Of a stretch of 42,051 nt of DNA, positions 28,605 to 37,686 are shown one piece after another. The translations under genes and the position numbers were made by a program. Position 1 is the stretch's first letter. Each line of letters starts with the position of its first letter. Source of the DNA: Bacteroidaceae bacterium (GTDB lineage: Bacteria > Actinomycetota > Coriobacteriia > Coriobacteriales > Coriobacteriaceae); NCBI GenBank assembly GCA_963589385.1, contig CAVALS010000014.1:1-42051 (forward strand), written 5' to 3'. Under the pieces are notes generated by a model that had not been told where the DNA came from, did not search any database, and worked only from the letters and a program-made list of their open reading frames with translations.

Positions 28605-29774
28605 ATGAGCACGTACGCAATTAAGGCTGACAAGTTCTTCTTGCCGGCGGGCCCGCAACTGGGCGGCTATCTTATGGTCGAGGATGGCGTTTTTGGCGCC
28701 TGGCAGGCCGACGAGCCCTCTTGCGAGATTAAGGACTACACGGGATCGTGGATCGCACCGGGTATGGTCGATACTCACATCCATGGCTTCTATAACCACT
28801 CGACTACCGATAACGATCCCGAGGGCATCGATATCAGCTCGACCGAGCTCGCCCGTCGCGGTACCACCAGCTGGCTGCCCACGACGTTCACCGATGGCGT
28901 CGAGCAGATCAAGGATGCCTGCGCCGCCATTGCCCAGGCTGACGAGGGTCGCGGCCCCGACTTCTGCGGTGCTCGCATTCAGGGCATCTACCTGGAGGGC
29001 CCCTTCTTTACCATGAAGCACGTGGGCGCGCAGAACCCCGCATATCTTATCGATCCCTCCGAGGAGGTCTTCGATCAGTGGCAGGAGGCTGCGGGCGGTC
29101 GTATCGTTAAGAGCGCCATGGCGGCCGAGCGCGACGGTGCCGCTGCTTATGCGGCTGCTCTGAACGCCAAGGGTGTGGTGACCAGCATCGGTCACTCCGA
29201 CGCCACCTACGATGAGTGCATCGCCGCTATCAATGCCGGTGCCAGCTGCTTTACGCATACCTATAACGGCCAGCGCGGTCTGCATCACCGTGAGCCCGGT
29301 GTCGTGGGTGCTGCCATGTCTACGCCCGAGACCTACGCCGAGATCATCTGTGACGGCAAGCACGTAAACCCTGCCGCCATCAAGGCGCTGCTGCAGGCAA
29401 AGGGCTGGCAGCACACGGTACTCATCACCGACTGCCTGGGTTGCGGCGGCATGCCCGAGGGCAGCTACACCAGTGGCGGCATGGACGTCATCATGAAGGA
29501 CAACCTGTGCTGGCTCGCCGACGGCAAGAGCATTGCCGGCTCGGTGCTCACGCTTGCCCAGGGCGTCAAGAACATCGTCGACTGGGGCATCGCCAGCGCC
29601 GATATCGCCATTCGCATGGCAACTGAGGTGCCGGCACGCTCCGCGCACATCGAGGATAAGTGCGGCAGCATCATGCCGGGTCGCGACGCCGACTTTGTCG
29701 TGTTCGACCATGAGCTCACCCTCGTCGAGACGTATGTTGGCGGCCAGAGCGTCGGCAACGCCTTTACCGAGTAA
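28605..29774 (+). CDS. nagA: N-acetylhexosamine-6-phosphate deacetylase (NagA/AgaA)
   Basis: PGMVDTHIHG, YLEGPF, GHSDA, THTYN, HHREPG, DGKHV, LITD, IAGS. Confidence 0.92.
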   Translation: MSTYAIKADKFFLPAGPQLGGYLMVEDGVFGAWQADEPSCEIKDYTGSWIAPGMVDTHIHGFYNHSTTDNDPEGIDISSTELARRGTTSWLPTTFTDGVEQIKDACAAIAQADEGRGPDFCGARIQGIYLEGPFFTMKHVGAQNPAYLIDPSEEVFDQWQEAAGGRIVKSAMAAERDGAAAYAAALNAKGVVTSIGHSDATYDECIAAINAGASCFTHTYNGQRGLHHREPGVVGAAMSTPETYAEIICDGKHVNPAAIKALLQAKGWQHTVLITDCLGCGGMPEGSYTSGGMDVIMKDNLCWLADGKSIAGSVLTLAQGVKNIVDWGIASADIAIRMATEVPARSAHIEDKCGSIMPGRDADFVVFDHELTLVETYVGGQSVGNAFTE

Positions 29775-29786
29775 CGATAGAAAAAG

Positions 29787-29818
29787 ACGGCGGGCCCGAA
29801 TCTGCTCGGACCCGCCGT
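29787..29818. terminator. Bidirectional terminator between nagA and flavodoxin gene
   Basis: ACGGCGGG / CCCGCCGT stem preceded by AAAAAG. Confidence 0.65.
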
Positions 29819-29849
29819 ATGGGTTAAACGCTCAAAAGCACCTTAACAG

Positions 29850-30434
29850 TTACAGCTTGTTAGCGATCTTCTTTGCCGTGCGCTTGACGCCGGCCACAAG
29901 ACCCCCCGCGGGATGCTCCTTTTCGTATGCTAGACGCTTCTCGCGCTTGGCGTACTCTTCGACGATGATGTCGCCATACTCGTCTTCGATCTTGTCGAAG
30001 AAGTCGACGGCGCCCTTAATTTCCTCAGCGGTCGGGTGTCCCTTCTGGACGCCGCCGGTAATCTTGAACGGACCCCACGTGTCAAATCCGGGGCAGCCGT
30101 AGACACCCATAAAGATGGCCTGCCTCATGCGGCAGATGCCATCGATATCCTTGCCGTACCACTTGTTTTTGCCACCGTAGGTCATAAGGCCAAACACCTT
30201 GTCCTGCGGCTGCAGCACGTTCGTGAGCACGCGCGCCATATCTTTGTCGATCTCGGAGTAATAGATGCCCGTGGCGACACCGATCAGATGGTATTCGTGC
30301 AGGTCGGGGTACTCGTTTTTACCGAGTGACTTCACGTCGAGGGTATCGATTTCGGGGTGTGCCTCAACGATGGCGTCCACGAGCTTTTTCGTATTGCCGT
30401 GGTGGCGTGAGGCATAAAGGATGATGGTTCGCAT
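29850..30434 (-). CDS. Flavodoxin-family protein
   Basis: MRTIILYASRHHGNTKK flavodoxin P-loop, GIYY, CPGFDTWGP..GGVQKGHP; GAAAGG RBS. Confidence 0.85.
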   Translation of the reverse strand: MRTIILYASRHHGNTKKLVDAIVEAHPEIDTLDVKSLGKNEYPDLHEYHLIGVATGIYYSEIDKDMARVLTNVLQPQDKVFGLMTYGGKNKWYGKDIDGICRMRQAIFMGVYGCPGFDTWGPFKITGGVQKGHPTAEEIKGAVDFFDKIEDEYGDIIVEEYAKREKRLAYEKEHPAGGLVAGVKRTAKKIANKL

Positions 30435-30590
30435 AAGAAGGCCTTTCAGCTGTAATTGCATCAATGTCTGTATGGTACCCCGTTGCATGCCTGGGAAACC
30501 GGACGCATCGATGAACGTGCGGGTTTGTCCTTTGGTCAGGGCCGAGACGGGTTCTTGCGAGCAAAAAGCAGTTGTTCGAAAGGATGGACA

Positions 30591-31472
30591 ATGGAATACG
30601 CTCTCTCCAACGATTCGATTTCTATCAAGGTCTCCACGGCCGGCGGCTCGTTTACCTCGATTGAGGCTGGAGGTCGCGAGTACTTGTGGCAGGGCGATCC
30701 CGCCGTGTGGTCCGGCCAGGCACCGATTTGCTTCCCGATTTGCGGAGGTTTGCGCGATAACAGCGCCATGACGTTTGCCGGACATCATGTGAAGCTCGCC
30801 CGCCACGGCTTTGCGCGCAAGCAGGAGTGGAAGCTGTTGAGCCAAAGCGCAAACGAGCTGGCTATGTGCCTGGCATCCGAGGATAACGCCGCGCTGCTGA
30901 GCGATTATCCGTATCCGTTTAAACTTGTCGCCCGCTATACGCTCGAGGACGCCGCCGTGCGTGTCTCCTATGAGGTTACCAACGAGGGCACCGAGGACAT
31001 GCCTTTCTTTATCGGTGGACACCCCGGCTTTAGGTGTCCGCTCGACGAGGGCGAGTCCTATACGGACTACGAGCTGCGCTTTGAGAAGGACGAAGCTGCG
31101 GAGCTCTGCACCGCCGTTCCTTCGACTGGCTTGATTGATGTGGACGGGCGCTCCAAGAACCCCATGGTGGGAAAGACGCTGCCCCTGTCGCATGAGCTCT
31201 TCGATTTTGCGGAGACCATCTTTGACGTGCTCGAGAGCCGTCAGGTCACGCTTTCCAAAAAGGGCGAGGACAAGGGCGTTCGCCTGAGCTTTGAGGGCTT
31301 CCCATACCTCATTGTGTGGAGCAAGCCCGAGGGTGATTTTGTGGCAGTTGAACCCTGGGGCGGCCTCTCGACCTGTTCCGATGAGGATGACGTGCTTGAG
31401 CACAAGCGCGGCTGCCTTATCGCCAAGCCCAAAGAAACCATCGTGCGCTCGTTCACAATCGAGATTCTGTAG
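30591..31472 (+). CDS. lacX: LacX-like aldose 1-epimerase family protein
   Basis: EYLWQGD..WSGQAPICFPICG, RHGFAR, GGHPGF, FVAVEPWGG. Confidence 0.85.
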   Translation: MEYALSNDSISIKVSTAGGSFTSIEAGGREYLWQGDPAVWSGQAPICFPICGGLRDNSAMTFAGHHVKLARHGFARKQEWKLLSQSANELAMCLASEDNAALLSDYPYPFKLVARYTLEDAAVRVSYEVTNEGTEDMPFFIGGHPGFRCPLDEGESYTDYELRFEKDEAAELCTAVPSTGLIDVDGRSKNPMVGKTLPLSHELFDFAETIFDVLESRQVTLSKKGEDKGVRLSFEGFPYLIVWSKPEGDFVAVEPWGGLSTCSDEDDVLEHKRGCLIAKPKETIVRSFTIEIL

Positions 31473-31531
31473 TCGCATGTAGCCAATTCGTTTTGCAAGG
31501 CATAAGGAGCCTGCGAGATAAGGAGCTAGAA

Positions 31532-32467
31532 ATGATCCTCACCGTTACGATGAACCCGTCCGTCGATACGCGCTATCAGCTCGATGAGCTCATTATCGAC
31601 GACGTCAACCGCGTGACGCCCGAAAAGACCGCCGGCGGTAAGGGCCTCAACGTGGCCCGCGTCCTGGGCCAGCTGGGCGACGATGTCGTGGCAACCGGCC
31701 TGCTTGGTGGTCATATGGGCGCCTATATGGCCGAGCTCATGGATGCCAACGGCATTAAGAATGATTTTGTGCCCATCAAGGGCGAGACTCGCATCTGTCT
31801 CAATATCCTTCATGCTGGCAACCAGACCGAGTTGCTCGAGAGCGGCCCGACGATTGCCCCCGAGGAACTCGATGCCTTTACCGCCAAGTTCGCCGAGCTT
31901 GCGAGCAAGGCCGATGTCGTTACCATCTCGGGTTCGCTGCCCCGCGGCGTCGAGGCGGACTACTACGCCAAGATCACGGGCATTGCAGAGAACGCCGGCG
32001 CCAAGGTGCTGCTCGATACCTCGGGCGCCTCGCTCGAGGCTGCGCTCAAGTCCGAGGTCAAGCCTGAGCTGGTTAAGCCTAACCTGACCGAAATTAACGG
32101 CCTTCTGGGCACGAGCTTTACCACCGACGATGTGGACGAGCTCCGTTCCGCGCTCGCCTCTGACGCCCGCTTCTCCGATATCCCCTGGGTCGTCGTATCC
32201 ATGGGCGCTGCCGGCTCAGTTGGCTTCCACAATGGCCGTGCGTTCCGCGCCAAGACCCCCGATATCCCCGCCGTTAACGCTACGGGTTCTGGCGATTCGA
32301 CCATTGCTGGCTTCGCACATGCGATTGCTGCCGGCGCCGACGACGAGACGGTGCTGCGTACCGCCAACACCTGCGGCAAGCTCAATGCCATGGATCCCAT
32401 GACTGGCCACTTGGTTATGGATCGTTGGGACGAGGTTTACAACGGCGTTGTCGTGACCGAGCTGTAG
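31532..32467 (+). CDS. lacC: Tagatose-6-phosphate kinase / 1-phosphofructokinase family
   Basis: MILTVTMNPSVD, AGGKGLNVARV, KPN, NATGSGDS; context is the GalNAc/tagatose pathway. Confidence 0.85.
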   Translation: MILTVTMNPSVDTRYQLDELIIDDVNRVTPEKTAGGKGLNVARVLGQLGDDVVATGLLGGHMGAYMAELMDANGIKNDFVPIKGETRICLNILHAGNQTELLESGPTIAPEELDAFTAKFAELASKADVVTISGSLPRGVEADYYAKITGIAENAGAKVLLDTSGASLEAALKSEVKPELVKPNLTEINGLLGTSFTTDDVDELRSALASDARFSDIPWVVVSMGAAGSVGFHNGRAFRAKTPDIPAVNATGSGDSTIAGFAHAIAAGADDETVLRTANTCGKLNAMDPMTGHLVMDRWDEVYNGVVVTEL

Positions 32468-32500
32468 GAGCTTGTGCTGCGGCCCCGGCATCGGTTGCTA

Positions 32501-32632
32501 GCTCATGTCGACGACAAGTGCAGTAGCATTATGCCGGGGCGCGACGCCGACACTGTCGTGTTCAATCCCGACCTTACCCTGGTCGAGACGCATGTGGGTG
32601 GCAACAGCGTCGGTAATGCGTTTGCTGAGTAG
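32501..32632 (+). pseudogene. Relic of the 3' end of a second nagA copy
   Basis: Translates AHVDDKCSSIMPGRDADTVVFNPDLTLVETHVGGNSVGNAFAE*, 33/43 identical by hand to the nagA C-terminus (29643-29774). Confidence 0.88.
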
Positions 32633-32664
32633 CCGCCAAAGAAACGATCCGAGAGGGGATTTAG

Positions 32665-33138
32665 ATGATTTACGGTGCATTGGGCGATATCGAGGAGTAC
32701 CGCGGAATGCTCAAGGGCCTCGACGTGCTGATCGATTGGCTCGAGGAGAACGATCCGGCGAAGCTCGAGGTCGGCAGCCATCCGATTCTGGGCGACAAGG
32801 TCTTTGCGAACGTCATGGCTCCCACGACGCGTCCCGAAGCCGAGGCTCACTATGAGACGCATCAGCGCTATCACGACCTGCAGATCGACGTCGAGGGTCG
32901 CGAGGCCTTTAAGGTTGCCACGGGCAGCCTGACGCTGGTTCAGGAGTTTGACGAGAAGGACGACTACGATCTGGTCGATTCCGACGCCTCGATCGCCGGC
33001 GATCTTGCTGACGACAAGTTTGCGCTGTTTGTTGCCGGCGAGCCTCACATGCCCACGCTCGAGTTCCCGGGCGATGGCGCGCAGCCGGTCAAGAAGATTT
33101 GCTTTAAGCTGCTTGCAGATGCTTACTGGGAGGAGTAG
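32665..33138 (+). CDS. YhcH/YjgK/YiaL family protein (NanQ/EbgC-like)
   Basis: YETHQRYHDLQI..EGRE, FALFVAGEPHMP, VKKICFK. Confidence 0.88.
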   Translation: MIYGALGDIEEYRGMLKGLDVLIDWLEENDPAKLEVGSHPILGDKVFANVMAPTTRPEAEAHYETHQRYHDLQIDVEGREAFKVATGSLTLVQEFDEKDDYDLVDSDASIAGDLADDKFALFVAGEPHMPTLEFPGDGAQPVKKICFKLLADAYWEE

Positions 33139-33312
33139 CGCGCTGCTCGGCTGAGCTGTTCGTGTTGCGAGCGTTATCCCTTGGGGGAGCTCGCTTGGGC
33201 CCCGCTGAACGCGGTTCCTTTGGGGATTGCGGTTGGCGGGGCTTTTGTTGAGTAGGGGAGTTTCCGGCGGCGTTGTGCTTGGATTGGCGGATGCGCGCCC
33301 GAAATCGGCAAC

Positions 33313-33335
33313 AAAAAAGCCGCCCGAAGGCGGCT
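33313..33335 (-). terminator. Terminator downstream of tRNA-Thr
   Basis: AGCCGCC-TTCG-GGCGGCT plus T6 on the minus strand. Confidence 0.8.
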
Positions 33336-33346
33336 ATCTTGTGCAA

Positions 33347-33422
33347 TGGAGCCAGCGACCGGGCTCGAACCGGTGACCCCCGCTTTACGAGAGCGGTGCT
33401 CTACCAACTGAGCTACGCTGGC
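33347..33422 (-). tRNA. tRNA-Thr (anticodon CGT)
   Basis: GCCAGCGTAGCTCAGTTGGTAGAGCACCGCTCTCGTAAAGCGGGGGTCACCGGTTCGAGCCCGGTCGCTGGCTCCA; 76-nt cloverleaf with encoded CCA. Confidence 0.97.
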
Positions 33423-33629
33423 GGCCATGTGATGGCGCAACTGAGGCGTCAACGGCTGTCTATGATACGGGACATCGCAAATCCGCGCAAGTGTTCTGAC
33501 GGCTTTTCTCACTTTAAATGCACTAATATTGGAGGCGTGATGTCTGCGGCGTCCATCTGGCGCTTGACCAGCTGTTGAGTTGGTGGTCGACGTCCCGCTC
33601 GTATGGGTCTCAAACGGAATGGGGCAGCC

Positions 33630-34112
33630 ATGGCTCAACCCAAGATCCTTCTCACACGTATCGACGACCGTTTCATTTACGGACAAGACGTTGAGCTGTG
33701 GAACGAAGCCGTGGGTTCCAACCTTGTCCTAATCGTCAACGATGAGATCGCGGCAGATTCGCGCCAATGGGCACCCATGAGGGTGGCGGCGCCAGAAGGC
33801 GTTTGGACGCGGTTTTTCTCGGTACAAAAGGCCATCGACATCATTCATACCGCAACGCCTCGCCAATTGATTCTGATCATGGTGGCCTCACCCTCCGGTG
33901 CGCTCGCGCTGGTTAAGGGCGGTGTGCCAATAACCAAGATTAGTATCGGCCATATGCGGGCGGGGGAGGGCAAGCGCTCTGCAACGCCTGCCGTTGCCGT
34001 AGGCGATACAGACATCGCCGCCTTCAAAGAGTTGCAAAAGCTCGGTATAGAGCTAGAAATCCGCCATCTCCCCAGTTCCGCCCCCGATCCCATCGGCAAT
34101 CTGTTCAACTGA
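33630..34112 (+). CDS. Second mannose-family EIIB paralog, phospho-His replaced by Tyr
   Basis: Colinear with the 23844 EIIB but TRIDDRFIYGQ instead of TRIDNRLVHGQ; frame intact. Confidence 0.8.
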   Translation: MAQPKILLTRIDDRFIYGQDVELWNEAVGSNLVLIVNDEIAADSRQWAPMRVAAPEGVWTRFFSVQKAIDIIHTATPRQLILIMVASPSGALALVKGGVPITKISIGHMRAGEGKRSATPAVAVGDTDIAAFKELQKLGIELEIRHLPSSAPDPIGNLFN

Positions 34113-34179
34113 TCCCTTGGGGACGGAGGAAAACGGATCATTTTGCCCTTGCGAGGGCCGCGCGCGACGCCGCCTGTCA

Positions 34180-34331
34180 AAAACTATGTCCATTTACTAC
34201 GTTTGATTGGCTATCGCCGAGCATGTTGAATTTGAGAAAAACAAAACCGCAGGTAGATGGCTCGCGAATTTAACAAAAACCGGTGCATGGTCGAGCATTC
34301 CGGGCTAAACGTAGTAAATGGGCATAGTTTT
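34180..34331. repeat. MITE-like element with 25-bp inverted arms
   Basis: AAAACTATGTCCATTTACTACGTTT (34180-34204) vs AAACGTAGTAAATGGGCATAGTTTT (34307-34331): 24/25 complementary, 102-nt interior. Confidence 0.75.
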
Positions 34332-34376
34332 GATATGTCACTCATACAGTCACAGCGAAAATGAGCCCAAAAGATG

Positions 34377-34411
34377 AAAAGCGCCCGTCGGCGGTGGTGC
34401 CGGCGGGCGCT
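34377..34411 (-). terminator. Terminator after galM
   Basis: AGCGCCCGTCGGC / GCCGGCGGGCGCT stem with TTTT on the minus strand. Confidence 0.7.
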
Positions 34412-34437
34412 GCTGTGCGATATGTCGCGTTGTGGGC

Positions 34438-35490
34438 TTAGTGCCTCATAAAGTGGTATTCGATCACATTGCTGTAGGGGTGACCCGGGCCCACAATGCC
34501 CTGTGGGAACAGCGGCTGGTGCGGCGTGTCGGGGTACATCTCGGCCTCGAGGGCAAAGCCGGCGCCCCAGCCATAGTTGGCGTCGTCCTTGGCGTGCTCG
34601 TCGCCCAGCCAGTTGCCGGTGTAGAGCTGCACGCCCGGGGCAGTGGTGTAGTAGTCCAGCTCGCGGCCAGTCCACATTTCCTCGACATGTAGGGCGCGAC
34701 GCAGGTTGCGGCCGTACTGATAGCCATCGATGCACAGGCAGTGATCGTAGCCACGGGCCTGCTTAATCTGCGGGTCGTCGGCCTCCATGCCGGGTGCGAC
34801 GGGGTGCAGCTCACGGAAGTCAAACGGCGTGCCCTCGACCGGAGCAATCTCGCCGGTGGGAATGTTCTGATCGTCAATGGGCAGATAGTGGACGGCGTTG
34901 GCAACAAAGAAGTGCTCACAGTCCATGCCGGCGTTATGGCCAGCAAGGTTAAAGTACGTGTGGTTAGTCATGGACACGTAGGTGGCACGGTCGCTCTCGC
35001 AGCCGTATTCGATACGGAAGCGTCCCGTCGGCGTCACGGTAAACACGGCCGTAAAGGTGCGGTTGCCGGGCAGGCCCAACTCGCCATCCTTAAGCGAGGT
35101 GGTCATGCGCACGGCGTTGTGAGTCTCGTCGAGCTCAACGTCCCATACGCGCTTGTGCAGACCATGCTCAAGATCGCTGTGCAGGTTGTTGACGCCTTCG
35201 TTGGCCGGCATGTGCCAGTCCGTGCCGTCGATGGTGATCGTGGCGCCCGCGGTGCGGTTTGCCACGGGGCCGATGGTCGCGCCAAAGCAGGCGGGGTTGT
35301 CAAAGTAATCCTCGAGCTTATCGAAGCCCAGCACCACATCGCGCACGTTGCCGGGAATGTCGGGCACATCGATACCCAGCACGGTGGCGCCATAGTCCAT
35401 AATGCGAACGCAGATCTCGGGCCCGTTGAGGGTGTAACGATGAACGGAGGTGCCGCACGGCGCGGTGCCGAAAAGCTCGGAAGTGATCAT
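34438..35490 (-). CDS. galM: Aldose 1-epimerase (galactose mutarotase)
   Basis: DVVLGFD, FGATIGPVANR, NNLHS, TNHTYFNL, YDH, QLYTGN, FALE. Confidence 0.92.
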   Translation of the reverse strand: MITSELFGTAPCGTSVHRYTLNGPEICVRIMDYGATVLGIDVPDIPGNVRDVVLGFDKLEDYFDNPACFGATIGPVANRTAGATITIDGTDWHMPANEGVNNLHSDLEHGLHKRVWDVELDETHNAVRMTTSLKDGELGLPGNRTFTAVFTVTPTGRFRIEYGCESDRATYVSMTNHTYFNLAGHNAGMDCEHFFVANAVHYLPIDDQNIPTGEIAPVEGTPFDFRELHPVAPGMEADDPQIKQARGYDHCLCIDGYQYGRNLRRALHVEEMWTGRELDYYTTAPGVQLYTGNWLGDEHAKDDANYGWGAGFALEAEMYPDTPHQPLFPQGIVGPGHPYSNVIEYHFMRH

Positions 35491-35696
35491 TTGGTTCCTA
35501 ACATCGAGGTATTTCGGACAAACTGTAGCGCGAACAGGCGAGATTATCACTACACCCCACTAAAGCAGGGGGTATTTTTCTCAAAAAAGTGATGATTGGA
35601 GCTGTGCGGGTGTTCATTTTTGACGCGCACGAGTCTGATACAATTTGTTCGTTACTGTTTGAATGATATGCGCGCAAAGAACGGCGAGGATTCATC

Positions 35697-36461
35697 GTGA
35701 TTAAGGCAGAGCGACAGGATAAGGTTCGTCAGCTGCTCGAAGAGCAGGGCACGGTTTCGGTCAAGGAGATTTCGGATGCGCTGGGCGTTTCGGATATGAC
35801 GATTCGCCGCGACCTCGAAGAACTTGCGAGCCTGGGCGAGATCGAGCGCGTGCACGGTGGCGCCCGTAGCGCACAGGGACGTCCCCATGCTATGTTGCGC
35901 CATGAGTATTCGCACAGCGAAAAGCGCACTAAGCATGCCGAGGAAAAGCTGCAGATTGCGCGCCGTGCTGTGGAGCTTATCGAGGAGGGCTCGACCATCT
36001 TTTTGGGTACGGGCACTACGGTGGAACAGATGGCCTCGATGCTGCCGGCGTGTCGCCTGCGCATTGTGACCAACTCGCTTTCGGTGTTTAACCTGCTCGA
36101 GTCGCGCGAAGACTGCGACCTGTGCCTCGTGGGCGGTATGTACCGTCGCCGCACCGCCGCTTTTGTGGGACCAACGGCCGAGGATACCCTGCGTGCGTTG
36201 GGCATCGACGCGGCGTTTATCGGCGCCAACGGCATTCTGGATGGCGACGTATCTACGTCCAACATGGACGAGGGCCGTATCCAGCAGCTCGCCTTTAGCA
36301 AGGCCGACTCACGCTATCTGATCGCCGATTCCAGCAAGATCGGCAAGCGCGACTTCTACACCTTCTGTCGCTTGGACAGCCTGGATGCCGTGGTGTGCGA
36401 ACCGGGTATCGCCGCCGAGAATCGTGCCGCCATCGAGGAACACACGCAGGTCATCTGCTAG
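35697..36461 (+). CDS. DeoR/GlpR family regulator (LacR-like)
   Basis: GVSDMTIRRDLEEL...RVHGGA, GTGTT, VTNS, DSSKIG. Confidence 0.92.
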   Translation: MIKAERQDKVRQLLEEQGTVSVKEISDALGVSDMTIRRDLEELASLGEIERVHGGARSAQGRPHAMLRHEYSHSEKRTKHAEEKLQIARRAVELIEEGSTIFLGTGTTVEQMASMLPACRLRIVTNSLSVFNLLESREDCDLCLVGGMYRRRTAAFVGPTAEDTLRALGIDAAFIGANGILDGDVSTSNMDEGRIQQLAFSKADSRYLIADSSKIGKRDFYTFCRLDSLDAVVCEPGIAAENRAAIEEHTQVIC

Positions 36462-36580
36462 CTAACGCTATGGGATTGCCAACAGGCGATGCGGGAGGAC
36501 TTTTACCTCCTGTCATTGTGGGGAATCAACGCGTGAGCGCTACGCGATATGACGCGTAAATGAGGACTCCACTATCAAAT

Positions 36581-36880
36581 TGTCTCAACCTGTGATATCT
36601 AGGCGGCCAAAAGCGAGTCAGATGTTACAGATCGAGATTTTTGGCTCGGCCTATTCCATTTGTCTCGATCTGTAACAGCTAGGACCGAATAATTCAGCTA
36701 GTTGTTACAGATCGAGATTGAGAGGATTGACCTGTGCATTCATCTCAATCTGTAACATCTAGACGTCCAAAACCGGTCTTAATGTTACAGATTGAGACAA
36801 TTCGGCGTGGTCTACCTTGTTTGTCTCAATCTGTAACGGTTAGGACTTAAAAACTCGGCTACGTGTTACAGATCGAGACA
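36581..36880. repeat. Array 1 of alternating inverted 17-bp repeats (8 units, ~80-bp period)
   Basis: TGTCTCRATCTGTAACA-type units at 36581, 36661, 36741, 36822; reverse-complement units at 36623, 36703, 36783, 36864. Confidence 0.93.
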
Positions 36881-36894
36881 AAAGAAAAAGAACA

Positions 36895-37632
36895 TTAGGA
36901 CTTGAAAATAAAGTTTTGATAAGGGACCCGCCCAGTTAAGACGGTGCGGCAGACAATTGAGATTAGTTTGCCTTCGGAGTCGTAAGCATAATGAGTCAAT
37001 TCGATGACCGGAAGTTTTGCAACACCATAATTACTGGCTTCGGAATCGCTAAGCTGACGTGCTCTATAGCTTTCCCTAACAGATTGGATAGACTTGGACA
37101 AGTCGTCCATGATTCTGCTAAATGCCTGAAAATCTAACTGGTTATTCGGAACGCGCGACTTTGAAATGAAGAACGTATCAGCGCCTATGAAGCTGCCTTC
37201 AAGTTCGTAGGTCAATTCAAGACGCTGAATTTCATCGCGACTTTGACATCCAAATTGTTGGAGCATCATTACGGAAATTGGACGACCTGATGTGAGGCCG
37301 CCGAAATGTTTGGTGATGGCATCCGGATCAACGCCATCGCAATGGCTTGCAAAGTCAAAGTCTAAAAGTGAATTGAGCTCACTAACGCGTTTCGGTGCAA
37401 CAAACGATCCCTTACCTTGGATTCGATAGATACTTCCACGACGCTCCAGCTCACTCATGGCAAGTCGGACGGTTGTTCTGCTTACGGCGTATTCGTCGCA
37501 GAGTTCCATTTCTGTCGGAAGTTTATCGTCTGCTTGATATTCATCGACGATCTGCTTGAGCAGCGCGTCGGTGAGCTGTAAATAGAGTGGCCGTTTTTCG
37601 TGTGTATCGAGCATTAGAGCCTCAGTTTGCAT
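36895..37632 (-). CDS. GntR family regulator (divergent UTRA-like C-domain)
   Basis: [28 protein letters not shown]...QGKGSFV; start could be 37614. Confidence 0.85.
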   Translation of the reverse strand: MQTEALMLDTHEKRPLYLQLTDALLKQIVDEYQADDKLPTEMELCDEYAVSRTTVRLAMSELERRGSIYRIQGKGSFVAPKRVSELNSLLDFDFASHCDGVDPDAITKHFGGLTSGRPISVMMLQQFGCQSRDEIQRLELTYELEGSFIGADTFFISKSRVPNNQLDFQAFSRIMDDLSKSIQSVRESYRARQLSDSEASNYGVAKLPVIELTHYAYDSEGKLISIVCRTVLTGRVPYQNFIFKS

Positions 37633-37686
37633 GTTGGTTATACCTGATGGTTGCCTCAGTCGGGATGTAACGTGGGCAAGGTAACC

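Noticed and set aside
30435..31478. 542-aa version of the minus-strand ORF 29850-31478
   Set aside because: The upstream part is antisense to lacX; the flavodoxin starts at 30434 with its own RBS.
31502..31526. Duplicated ATAAGGAGC before lacC
   Set aside because: Short tandem RBS-like duplication with no evidence of function.
32505..32855. 116-aa ORF in the track
   Set aside because: Out of frame with the nagA relic and overlapping the YhcH gene.
33347..33422. tRNA-Thr as an integration site of a prophage or island
   Set aside because: No duplicated tRNA 3' end and no integrase seen in the window.
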